Shown here: positions 50,833 through 62,987 of the stretch, piece by piece
Layout: the number at the start of each line of letters is the position of its first letter
Position numbering within the stretch: position 1 is the first letter of the stretch
Assembly (NCBI RefSeq): GCF_022539665.2
Contig: NC_081333.1
Span: forward strand, 10,416,001 to 10,480,000
Reading direction: 5' to 3'
Length of the DNA: 64,000 bases
Origin: Daphnia carinata
Taxonomy: Eukaryota
Notes under the pieces: model-generated
Databases searched by the model: none
What the model was told of the DNA's origin: nothing
Seen by the model: only the letters and a program-made list of their open reading frames with translations
Translations under genes and position numbers: made by a program

Positions 50833-53800
50833 ATGGGAGCTCAAGACGAAACCAATTTTAGTACATTCCTAAAAAAATTTGAAAAAGCGTTGTCTTTGCT
50901 GAAATCCTACTGCGACAAGCCTAAATCGTCCTTTTCTGAGAATATTTCTTTTCTGCTTGATAAATCTTTGGATCATCTAAAGAAATTAGACAGTGATGAT
51001 GTTTGTGACTTACAACCTGTTGATCCCACACACGCAGCTCTTATCCAGAGTCAAAGTGTAAAGGTATTTTTCAACGACGTTTGGAAGATTTCTACAATAC
51101 ATAGCATCCATCCTTCCATTATTACCTTTGCCGTAAACCTGCTGCTACAGCTAACCAACAATGAAGTTAAGTTTAACCTCATGTATTCAGAGTCACAAAA
51201 CATCTTTACCAAAATTCAACAACTGATGGCAACTACAATTGTAGAAAACAATGAGTTTAAAAAATCCATCATGAATTTCTTTTTAAGCCTTGCTAAGTTT
51301 CCGGCAGGCCTAAATTGGCTGGTGACTTCCGGTGCACTCCTATTCATTGTTGACAGCCTGAGTGACCGTACAATATTTACAAGAAAAAAAGCAGAAGAAA
51401 TCATCAATCATGTTTTACAATTAGTCGATGACATCCAAAGGGAAACCATATTCACGAAATTAATAGAACCAATTTTCAAGGCCGGAAATCAACTCCAAAA
51501 TCATCAGATAGAAAGTGATAAACTGCAACCATATTTCGAAGTTTTAGCAAATTACATTACTCAAACACTTGTCACCAACAAAAGGGATAAGTCGGCAGGC
51601 ACTCTCTTGACCTTAAATACCGAAAAGGTTCTCTTTAATATTGTATCGACTGCCGAAAACGAAAAACTACTGACCCAATCGGCCTCTCTTCTTGCGGCTA
51701 TCTACGCGAAGTGTGCCTTGGAAAATGAAAAAGAACATTCTAGTTGGGAAATTAAAGCGGTATCTTTGATACAATTGCTGTTACGACGTGGTTTCTTACG
51801 AGTTAGCCTGAGGATGATTTCCCACAGCTTGTTTGCTTGGAGTCAGTTGGAAATATCTAGCCTGTTCGTAAAACAACTTGTTCGTCTTATGGTAAATATA
51901 AGTAGATAAATTTTTTGTCTTTCACCCTCAGAATAACTTTGTTATTTATAAATTTGACCCATCTTCAATTTGTATTCAGATTATTCCGATTCTGGTCGAT
52001 ACAGATGAAGTAGCTGATCATTTTCCATGCTACACAACGGTTTATCAATTTTGGGAAGATTTAGATGATCATTCGACGAAGCCCATTAGCAGTATGCTAA
52101 CTACAATGTTACGATCAAACAGTGAGCTCAATGAGCTCACAAGTGTGTCCTTGGTTGCCCTAAACAAATCTATAACTAAACTTGGCAAGGTTAGTTACAG
52201 ATGTAGTTGTTGCAATTCCCGAATGTTAATTTTATGATTGGATTCAGGATTTAGCATTGAAAATTACCCGATCTGGACTGTTTCTTCTTGGCTGCCTAAA
52301 GGTTCCAGAAGCCAAAAGAATGACACTTATGTCCTTCACTCCACAGCTTGCAATTAACTTAATCAAGAGCTTATGCTTGTTCATAGATGTATATAACATT
52401 CGGTGGTGGGAAACCTACGAAACAATATGTCTACCAATTATCTTCACGAAGTTAGTAGCTTATAATGCTAGCCGGAATATTCAGGTACCATTTCCTTGTA
52501 AAGTGACCAACTATTCGCCGATTAACACGCCTTCTATGTATATATTTAGGTAACGTGCGCTGGTCTAAAAGGGATAAAATTTTGCATCCAGCAATCTATC
52601 CATCCAGACCAAGTTTTGCTGCTAAACAATTCACCGGATTCCTCTCTGAATGAAATGGCGTCTCTACTCCATCAGTGCACCGTTTCGGTTCATTGGGAAG
52701 TCCGCGATTCCGCAATGGAAGTCGTGCTGGAAATGGCCCAGTTGTCAGCTATTAGTAAGTTCAATTTTCGGTGAATAAACAAATGTTTTGCCTTTTCGTT
52801 GCAGTTTGAACATGCGTATCATAAACAGGGTATCCGCCATTTCAGCATTTGCTGATAAATTCACATTTACTTGAGGCGGCCTTGTCGGCGTTCAATGACA
52901 CAGAATCTTATGTACGAGCAACGGCAATAGGAGTAGTAGCTGCCGCTACTCCTGTCCCTTTATTATGGGAACATTTGATCACTCACTCCAACGCATCGGT
53001 TATTAATAGTTGCTACGCCGTACTACAACAAGATAGTGAGGCCTTAGCTAGGCGTGCAGCCGCCAAAGCATTGACGCTTATTACACAATCAGGACACTTC
53101 CCGTAAGCAAATCTTTTTAGTTAGTCATAATAAATATTACGTAATTCTTTTCTCATCTAGGTCTGACCTTGACAGAAATGTACTCTACCGTTATATGAGC
53201 TCCGCTGCGCTTTCTGATCTGGACTGGGAGGTTAAACTTCAGGCTTTAGATTTTTGGCAAGTTTTAAAAATTACACATGAATTGGTTAGGAAATAATGCT
53301 AGTAATCTATGGTTAGGCGATGTATAATCGATGAGACGCTGACACAGCAGGGAATGTTAGATGGAGCTTTCCCCGAAGTGACGTTTTCTAAAGAGAAACA
53401 GAAAATAGTGCGGTACGGATTTCATCGATATTGATGTTCATAAGAAAATTCGTTCTCTATTGACTGCACCTCTTATTTTCTTTAGATTGGATACCAAAGA
53501 AATTCGTTCGAGGTTGCAAACTGCCTTATCCGAATTAGGTTCCTGTGGATGCCTATTCGTTTTACTCCAACTTGTAGATGACTGCGATGCACCCGTAAGG
53601 GAGAAATCAATTCGACTTTTACATCATTTGCGTGATGTTTTGACCAAGTACCAAGCATTGGACTTGCACGTGTGGCAATCTTCTCATTCACCTCAAGTTA
53701 AAACTACCGATTTCACATCACAAGAAAATCTTGCAATGGAGCATGAATTTGTATCTAAGAATTCGGACTTAGTAATTGACGAGATCCTGTCAGTTACCGA

Positions 53801-54044
53801 CGCTTGTCTCGTAGGTGGTATTTTGGCCGACAAAGATCCAAAATTGCGACCAGATCCAGCACCGGTATCATCCGTGGATGCTAAAGATTTTGTTAACAAA
53901 ATCAATATGATGGACATAGAGATGATGCTCACGTCCACTAATATGTCTTCCGATTTGCACGTTATTGACTTTGATTCGTTACTTGATGATTTGGAAGACT
54001 GTGTCCATACCGACACATCTCGCCCACGACCCGATTGCTATTGA
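50833..54044 (+). CDS. BRAT1: BRCA1-associated ATM activator 1 (HEAT/ARM repeat; Integrator cleavage-module chaperone)
   Basis: HEAT-like motifs HWEVRDSAME, DTESYVRATA, DSEALARRAA and DLDWEVKLQALDFW, plus DDCDAPVREK and the hallmark C-terminal DCY*. Multi-exon; first exon 50833-51891. Confidence 0.85.
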
Positions 54045-54117
54045 ATAATGTTCAAACGTACAATAGTATTGGTTTAAAAAAACGAGAAATTCTGTATCAC
54101 GCATGTGCATCAGCAAA

Positions 54118-55860
54118 TCAACTGTATCTCCGCACGACAATATCAAGAAGTCTGTTGTATGGAAGAGTACGGAGGGCTTGCATAAGCTCATCTGCGAACA
54201 AACACAAAAAGAAAAATTTGGTAAACATCAAATCGTTTGTACATGTCATATTTGGCAACACTTACGCGTATTTCCATAAAGACATCCAGAGGATTGGGCT
54301 ACTTGCACGGACTGGGCTAGCCGGTCGAGAGATAGTTGGATTTTCTCGTTGTTTGTATTGTTCTTAACACAGGAATCTAGCAAACCCCTAACCAGAGTCA
54401 CCAAATGACGAGGTGAAATCACCTCTGCTTGTAGCAGTTGTTGCTGACTCTGCAAAACCGATCGCTCTTGCATTGATTCTAAAAGGCTGGAGTGAAGCTG
54501 ACTATAATTTGAATTTTCATCCCATTCCGGCTTACTTTCTTTTGTTTTCTCAAATTTAACAGGGAATGCCTTTTCTTGACTTGGATTTAAAGGAGCTTCA
54601 ACGCACCATCTATTTAAAAAAAAAATTATAACTTAATGCAGCTTGGATGGGAAATAAGCAAAAATATTACTTTAGTAAACCAGCCAAAGGAGTAACAGAT
54701 GTCATTACTATGCTTCCTTTAGGAAGCAGAGGTTGCAGATTCAGAGTGAGCGGTGTCAAACATAATCTCGGGTTAGAAGAAACCCAATTGACTATGGTGT
54801 TGAGCAAATAAGCTGGCGGTGAGATGTATGCACTCCGGTTGCCATCTGCAATTTTGATTTTGCATATTATTCAACAAAGGATAAAATATGTATATTTTTG
54901 ACATTTACCTATTCCACCGTAAAGTTCTGCGGCGGCCGTGAGAAAACACGCGGTAAAATGAGGAGCTAACTGTGGGAGTTCTTCCAAGCAGCTAGTAGAA
55001 GTGATCTAAGGTAAATCAAATTGTAATTTCCATAAGAATTTTTCTGTTTTTTTAGGCTTTCCGTTGTTTTTCATTACATTAGACTGTGGGGTATTCAGAA
55101 CAAAGTAATCTTCAATGAAGACTCTTGAAAGATTAAGCGAGTGCTGACTCAGGCATCCCTAGGAAAGTTTGCGGTTACGAATACGTCACAGAACTCAATT
55201 TGTTGAAATAAATACCAATTGTTGCATCCAAACGCCTGTGCAGTTTAAGACAGCTAAATTACGCGACGCCACGGCGGCCGATACCAATCGAGCTAGAATT
55301 CGCATTCGGTCACTGAGGGTGGCAGTAGCTGTTCCCGGGGTGAACACATCTGTTCGGGCGAATCCTGATGGGGATGGGCTAGGACTGGGACTTGGTGTAT
55401 GAGGAGGAGTAAACAGCATCATGAATACCGTATTCAGGATGACTCTATCTTCTCCTGCAGCAAAATAACCCAGTAACACCTCAAGCAGTTGCAACTCTTG
55501 AATTGGATTTAACCTCTAGAAAAATTAAAACATTACACAAATGATCATCACATATAAATGATCTTTACCTTTCTTTTAGCTCCCTTGTGGTCTATTTCAC
55601 AAAAAACAAATTCATCAATTATTTCCCCAATATAATCCAACTGTTTTGATGTGGGGGGACGTGTATGTGCAAGTGGGAGGCAAAGTTGTTCTTCATATAA
55701 AAAAAACGAAAGAAAAACAAGTTAGCAAAAACAATTTCTATTCTATGTACTGATTTATGTGCTAACCAAGACAAGCAAGAGCTTCCTTTGCTGATTGTGG
55801 AAAGTCAAGACGTCGAAGCATACGATGTAGTTCTGGTTGTGGACTGCCAGCTATAGCCAT
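54118..55860 (-). CDS. INTS15: Integrator complex subunit 15 (C7orf26 homolog)
   Basis: N-terminus MAIAGSPQPELHRMLRRLDFPQSAKEALACL, IIDEFVF, LNPIQELQLLEVL, LARLVSAAV...VLNCTGVWMQQ, LDRLAQSVQVA and terminal LPYNRLLDIVVRRYS*. These match my recollection of C7orf26/INTS15 motifs. Confidence 0.8.
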
Positions 55861-56869
55861 TGTTGTAGAAATGTTCTTTTATGTTCCCTCCTACATGAAA
55901 ATGAAAACATTAAGGTAATTACAATTTTCGTTTAGCAATTTTTCATATTAAAACAAACCTTACATACATAATGATTTGACTTACACTGTTTTTTTTTTAC
56001 TGAAGAGTTTAACATGCAGTCATGAAAAACTATTTTCTAAATTGGTAATTATATTGCACAGAACTATCGCTTTAAAAAAACATAAATAACACCAATTTTT
56101 GTAGTTAATCATCAGCCAAACAACAATTACAACTCAGACGAGCAGAAGCTTTTGTTGCCGGTCACATATCACACCTCAAAACATTGTACTCTATAGTCAT
56201 ACCCTGTAGTCTGCAATTTTCGACAACCCGACCAGAACCCGACGGTAAAAAAAAAAACAGCCCATAACTCCTCTGACCCGCCCCGAAAACCAAAATGATC
56301 CGACCGATCAACGCGAGGCCGAGAGTTTATCTAGATCAGCCTGGAGCCACTCGAGAGGCTTTTTTCCATCCGGGGGAAGCATTTCGCAGAACGAAGTAGG
56401 GCTTTTGGGGACCAGTGTGAAAATTTTTTCGCCCTGAACTCAATCGGATTTCGATCGCTGTTGCATTCGGGAATGCATCCCCAATAGTATCGATCGAGTT
56501 TTTGCCCCGCTTGCCCCGAATTCCCCGATTAGCACCAATAGGGGCAGATCCCTAGCTTTATCTACTAAATCTGGCAATGGCCATTTTTATTGTCTGCATG
56601 ATAGTCTGCATCTGTGACATTGTTCTGTTTTCTGTAATTCTGTTTCATTTTTTTTGCTGCCTATTTCAACATTCTACATCTTTTTACCATCGGGAACTGG
56701 AAACGATTATCATAATGTATGTCTACGCTGTGTGACCTTAAATTATATTGAGTATTTTGCAAATAATAACCACAGTGAATCCTTGTGAAATAGCGACAGT
56801 GTGTGAAACTGAACGCTATGCTTAGATGAACGAGATTCTATTGATTATAAACCCCATTGAAATTGTAAA

Positions 56870-59567
56870 ATGGAAATTCCGCCACCTTTTCACCAACTTC
56901 CAGCTGATCCAAAATTTGTTGACCAAATTGTAAATCAAATCAAGTCTCAAGGAACATTTGACCAGTGGCGACGAGAATGTTTAGCTGACGTAGACACAAA
57001 GCCAGCCTATCAAAATCTAACTTTTCGTGTTGACAGTGCTGTTGCTGCCTTTTTGAGTAAACAGCGATGGAGACCAGATATGGCAAAGAACCAAATGCGA
57101 GAAAATTTGAGAAAGCATATCCTAGAGCTGGGATTGATTGACAAAGGAGTAGACAGAATTGTTCAGCAGGTAGTCCAGCCCAAGGTGCTCCCAGTATTTC
57201 ATCCAGCAGTAGAGAGTGCCATTTACAACTTTCTTGGCATAAAAAATCCTCGAGCTGGAATCAGCAACAAGGTGGTAGACACCAACTCCACCACTAGTTC
57301 GCCTAGAAAAGCCTTCCGTCCAATGCCTGTCTCCATCCCCTCTCGAGATAAAGAGGACTGCACACCACCCCCTGGAGAAGAATTTGATTTGGAAGCTATA
57401 ACACCATCGCCGGAGCCTAGATGTGGCTCCAGCTTAAAGAAAGATCATGTTGAGGGTATGAGTGACGTCAGCATGGAAGACAGTCGACCAGCAGCAGAGG
57501 TTGGCCTGGAACGTATCTGCAGCCCAATATCTCCACAAAGTAGCAGGGAGAGTGTCAAAACAGAGAACGTCGAAGCAGCCGCACCGAATCGCGTGGGTTC
57601 AGCGCTCTCAGCAATCAGCTCTGGTGATGATCTGCCATCCGAATCGCCCGCTGTAGGCTCACCAGTGACTTCCGATGAGTTCCATGATAATAATAACCCC
57701 ACAGAACACCAGCCACGAGATTCTCCGGAGAGTAGCATTGAAAATGATGACGACATGGAAGAAGATGATGAAGATGATTTTTCTAGCCCCGAATTTGAGA
57801 AGTTAGAAATTGCCGCACCAACCAGCCGTACTGTAACACCTGTACCAGGGGAAGAAGAGCCAGAAGATAAATGTGAAGACGACGCTCCAGTGGACGACCA
57901 CTTTGCATGGCGGCCAAAAGCAAGTAGCCGTGATCCTGATCGGAAGCGTGATGAAGATCCCGATAATTTAGGATCTAAAAAAGCAGGAGACGCAGCAACA
58001 AACGGTAGTGCTTCAAGAGATCAAACATCTGAAAGCGGGAGTCAGCTAACAGGAGAAATGGTCAAATCCGACTCTGGGAAACCTACAGCAAAAAAAGCGT
58101 CAACAGTGACTGCAGAATCTCTTGATGCGGAAGAAATTCTAGGAGATAAAACGATTGATGCGTCTGTTTCATCTTCTACTAAAGAACGAAGTCGCTCAAG
58201 ATTGGAATCACACAAATCGGACCGTCGCGACAAATCTCACAAAGATAAAGATAGGAACAAGGATCGCGATCGGGACCGGCAAAGAGATCGAGAAAAAAGA
58301 CGTGAACGCGAAAAAAAGGAGGAAGCTGACCGACGGAGCAAATCACACCACTCCAAATCCGAACACAGAGATCGTGATTCGAGGAGAAAATCTTCCTCCC
58401 ACCGTGATAAAGATCGCGATAGGCATAAGGAAAAAGAACGTGATCGCAATCGTTCAAAATCAAGTCACGAGGTCGATCGATACCGATCGAGCTCGCAAAA
58501 AGATAAGGGGAAAAAACCAAGTAGTCAAGCGGTAGAGAAGAGCCAGAAAGAGCCGCCCATTTCCCCACTGCCTACATTTCATCCGAAGGCCTACCTGTGG
58601 AAACGACCAACTGAGAAACCTAAAGCCCTGTGGGATTATTTAGCTCGATTTCCTGAAGAATTTTTTGACGAATCCAACGACTCCCGTGCTGGATTGTCTG
58701 ACGTTTCCGTCTCTTCTGTATCATCATATGAAGATTCGGATTGTGAATCCACTATCCTCTATTTATCAGAAATCGAAATTGATTCAGATGTGGAAGAGGC
58801 TGTGGTTCAGTCAGGTGGACGGGTTATCTATCAATATGCACCAGGTATGGAGGAAGCCAAAGGTAATGTGGAATTGAATGGTTTGTCAGCCACAGATGAG
58901 TTCCCTCGATCTGAACCGTATTTGAGAGACCAGCAGTTGAACATCAATAATAACAAACGAGTGCGAAAGCTTAATACTCGATATAACGACAGCTACGTTG
59001 GTTCTGAATTGCGTAAGATCATCACAACGCAAAATTCAATAGACCATTCCCAAAGTAGCCCACAATTCAATAATAATAGTAAATCCCAACCAAGAGAAAA
59101 CCAGGAAAATTGTATTCGAGTTTCATCACCGGAAGAAATTCAGGAAACAGAAGATGTGATTCAATACCAACCTTCTGACGCCAAGCGGCTCAAAACTGAT
59201 CAGCCTCCTCCATCAAGTCCGGAGAGCGTCCAGTCAGATTTGACTCACCTTCCACACGCCCAACCTTCCACTCCACCTGTCGCTGATCTCCAATTGGCTG
59301 CGGAAGAGGATACCTGCAAAGATAATACGTCGCCTAATGGCCGCAGGAGATCCGCGACGTAAGTCTTTTCTCTTTCTCCATGATAATTATTTATTAATAA
59401 TTATTAATTTTTCTTTGTCCATTTTATTGGGGTAAAGCATAACTTATTTAATCTAATTTTATAGGTTAAAGCAACCGCAACAGCGTTACGATGATACCGA
59501 TTTGTACAAACCACGCCCAGTCATCACACCAAGCAGCCGCCGTTCCCGTCGCATAGATGATTCCTGA
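56870..59567 (+). CDS. BOD1L1: BOD1/BOD1L-like protein (N-terminal BOD1/Shg1 domain plus long disordered region; 2 coding exons)
   Basis: IVNQIKSQGTFDQWRRECLADVDTKPAYQNL...GVDRIVQQVVQPK is a BOD1/Shg1 domain, followed by an R/D/K-rich block. Exon 56870-59358 splices (GTAAGT..TAG) to 59465-59567, encoding QRYDDTDLYKPRP...DDS*. Confidence 0.85.
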
Positions 59568-61561
59568 TGGCCTGAAAATCAACGTAGGATTATCAGTTAC
59601 CATCGTGCTATCGTCTTTACGGATCATTTTTCCATTCGTATGTCTACTCAAAGGAACCTCTGTTGAAGTCTTATTTCATGAAAGTTAAAAAGTATTTCAT
59701 CAATAAATTTTCTTTTTATTACTCATAGTAGGCTGGTTAATAATTGCTGAGGGAACGTCGTAACAAGTTTTCAAGTAAACAAAAGGGTTGCAGAACCATT
59801 TTTGAAGAAACTTTCAAGAAACCCACATAGCTAATTTTAGTTATCATTTAGTCCCTTTCAAAGGCATTTTCCTTCATCCTTAAATTCCATCTTTTCTAGC
59901 TGTTAATGGTAGGGGGGTTTTGTATGTGATTTAGTGGCTTGGATCGTGACTGAAACTGCCTTCACCCGCGCATCCCACTAGGGGTTACGGCAGTTCTCGG
60001 GCTCAAATTTGAAAATGAAGGGGATATTTAAGGAAGAAAAAGCTAGTCTCTCAAACGACTAAATCATAACATCATGTGTGATTTTCTAGTTGCTTCCTTC
60101 CGGATCGCAGCCAGTATGCATTTTCGCTCGCACCCTTTAGGCGGTGCGGTACGCATACACACAGGCAGCAATGCTGACGCACGAGGACAGAGGGAAATGA
60201 AAGTTTATCTCTTCTTCTCCTTCCCATCCCCTCTTTTGCAATTTGTTTACATGTCACGTGTCTGTTGAAACCCGTAAAGGGAAGAGCGTCGAAGGCCGAC
60301 GATGCCGCTCCTGTTGCTGCCGCCGTGAACAATCCACAGGCTTTGTTGACTCGTTTCTGAACTGTTTTCAACTTGGCAACACTATCGTAAAAAAGTAATA
60401 ATAATAATAAAACTATTCCCTGAACCCGGTAGCTAAAAGGACGTTTAAATTTCACGAATGCACGGCCGCATTTATTGCGTATTTAAAGTTGAGTCTAATT
60501 CCACTTAGTTAAATCTAATTACTCCTACGCCTTTGCTAAGATAAACATAATAAAGGTATTTTTTCCCTATAAATTCATGAAACACAAGGTTTCGTGTGTT
60601 ATTGATGCAACGCAAAATTAAAGAAAGAAGAAATAATTACTTGATTTAGTGGAAACTGGTGGCACAAAAAAAAAATGAAAGTTGAGTGCGCCACTTTGCT
60701 CCTTCTAGTTCTTCCCTTCCGGCCCGATCCGGTGTCACGAGGGAACATCCACTGTTGGCTGGTTGGCTGGGCAGGGCTAATTTACGTTGTCATATCTCTT
60801 TCTCACGGATTCCCTTATTCAAGAAAGAGGAGCTCAATATGTCGTCGTAGTCGCCCTTCTGCCGGCAAAAGGTCATTCTTCATGCCATTTCTCATTTGGC
60901 AAAATTCTCGCCTGCAGTGGCAAATAGCTTGTGTATGGTTTTATTTGTGAATCTCTGTCACAGGCGTTTAGCGTGTTGACATTGTATCATTGTCGCCCGT
61001 CCCCATGTCACTCTCGGTTCCACTCCGTCGTCGTAGGTTGCCGGTAAACAAACCACCATTAGGGTTCACACGCTCCAGTTTGTAGGGGAAAAGAATAGAA
61101 CGATTCTTCCTCGTCGGCTTTGTCTATACCATTTCACTGCATCTGATCACAATCAAGTGAATCTTTTGTGATTGCATTGAGCAAATGAATTGGAACATGA
61201 GGCAAATGAAAGTGTTAGGGGTGGTCAGAAGGAGAATACTGGGAGAGGTGAATGAAAACACCCATGTCAAGTTGAAGTGAGCACGTGGCTTGATTCGCTT
61301 TGAGAGAAAGCAGGAGATACAAGAGGCTGGAAAGAACAAGATCAGTGGGCTTGACGATAGGATCGGCCGGCGCACGATTTTTCACTTTATAGGCCGCCTG
61401 CATGATTGTATCTCTCTAAATAGAAATGTTTCTGGAGTAAAAGTTTTATCTGTTTCCCATAACATCCTCGTGTTCCTCTTTTAAAAACAGACACCATCGT
61501 AAAAAACTACACAACCAACAAACTTGCACTGGAAAATCCGAATGTTACCCAACCGCTACGT

Positions 61562-62987
61562 AATACACTTATATTGCAACACAGGTCGAAATGACGTTGT
61601 ATTTTATATTTTATGTGAACAGTTTGTAGCGAATTAAGATTTTAAATATATGACTATTAGATCCACGCTAAATTCGGCAAAAGTATTCATTTTTACGTAG
61701 CACCAACCGTTGCTGTAGTAAACGGTAAAAATGCTGTGCTGGCGCGCCAGCCTTTTTCATCCGTTTTTTATTTCTAGATCGAAAACTTTAAGTCCCATGT
61801 CAAAACGAGCCCAATTTCCGTGATCAGCGATCAATTTCGAATCGGAATAGTGTATTTTTAACTTAATCTAGAATTTGACGAAAATTGAAAAAGTGAGAAG
61901 GCTATAGCCTTCTCATTTTGACGAAAATCATCAAAAAGCGACATCTCTCAGAATTCAATAAAAACCCCACATTATGTTCAAAATCGTACGCTGATTTTAA
62001 CTGGCATGGTAGTTTTCCCCTTACCTATGAAGTTTTGGAGTACAGCGCTATCATAGCAGTCATTGCGCACATATTTTTAGATTTTAGATTACTCCGAAAC
62101 TGTAAATTCTGCGTAAAAACTAAGATCATTCTCGTGATCCTTGTTAAATTTTGGATCTAAATCGTGTACATTATTGTTTGTTGTTTATAAAAATTTAAAA
62201 AAATAAAAAGTCGGGCTTATTTTTTCGGGTTTGTTCTTTCGGGCTTATTGTTTTTGCCCAAAATTTTTAGAAAATTCTTTGCTGGGATAACAATAACACT
62301 TTTATACTCAAAATGTAACGCTGAATTCGGGAAAAATATTCGTTTTTACGTAACACCAGACGTTGCTGTATTAAATGGTAAAAACGCTTTGCTGGCGCGC
62401 CAGCCTTTTTCATCCGTTTATTAATGTTAGATCGAAAACTATAGGCACCATGATAAAACGAGCCCGATTTCCGTGATCAGCGATCAATTTAGAATCGGAA
62501 TAATGTATTTTTAACAAAATTTAGAATTTGACGAAAATTGAAAAAGTGAGAAGGCTATAGCCTTCTCATTTTGTCGAAAATCATCAAAAAGCCATATCTC
62601 TCAGAATTCAATAAAGACCACACATTAAGTTCAAAATCTTACGCTGATTCTAACAGGCACGTTAGTTTTCTCGTTACATATGAAGTTTTATAATTATCAG
62701 TAATCAAAGTAGTTATAGCGCAACAACTTATATATTTCAGATTACTCAAAATCCATAAATTTCACACCAAAACAAAGTTCATTTTCGTGCTTCTCGTTAA
62801 TTTTTAAATCTAAATCATGTATAGTTTTCCCTATTTATTGATATTATTTTTAAAAGAAAAGTCGGGCTTATTTTGTCGGGCTCCGAAATACAGTTATATT
62901 GCAACACAGGCCGAAATGACGCTGTATTAGATATTTAACGTGAATACTTTGTAGCGAAATTAAGATTTTAAATATATGGCTATTAGA
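61562..62987. repeat. Two ~653 bp tandem units bracketed by ~100 bp direct repeats; same family as 34254-35007
   Basis: TACGTA(G/A)CACCA..CGTTGCTGTA...TGCTGGCGCGCCAGCCTTTTTCATCCG at ~61694 and ~62347. GAGAAGGCTATAGCCTTCTC palindrome at ~61894 and ~62548. AAGTCGGGCTTATTTT at ~62208 and ~62859. AATACA(C/G)TTATATTGCAACACAGG...CTATTAGA at 61562-61661 and 62887-62987. Confidence 0.85.

Noticed and set aside
47083..58568. Antisense ORFs (Ser-rich and RS-rich) opposite ZC3H18, BRAT1 and BOD1-like
   Set aside because: Shadow frames of low-complexity coding sequence on the other strand.
60072..61484. Possible coding exons downstream of the BOD1-like gene
   Set aside because: Some coding-like composition and a minus-strand TATAAA (~61390), but no recognisable protein or consistent splice chain. 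Needs RNA-seq.
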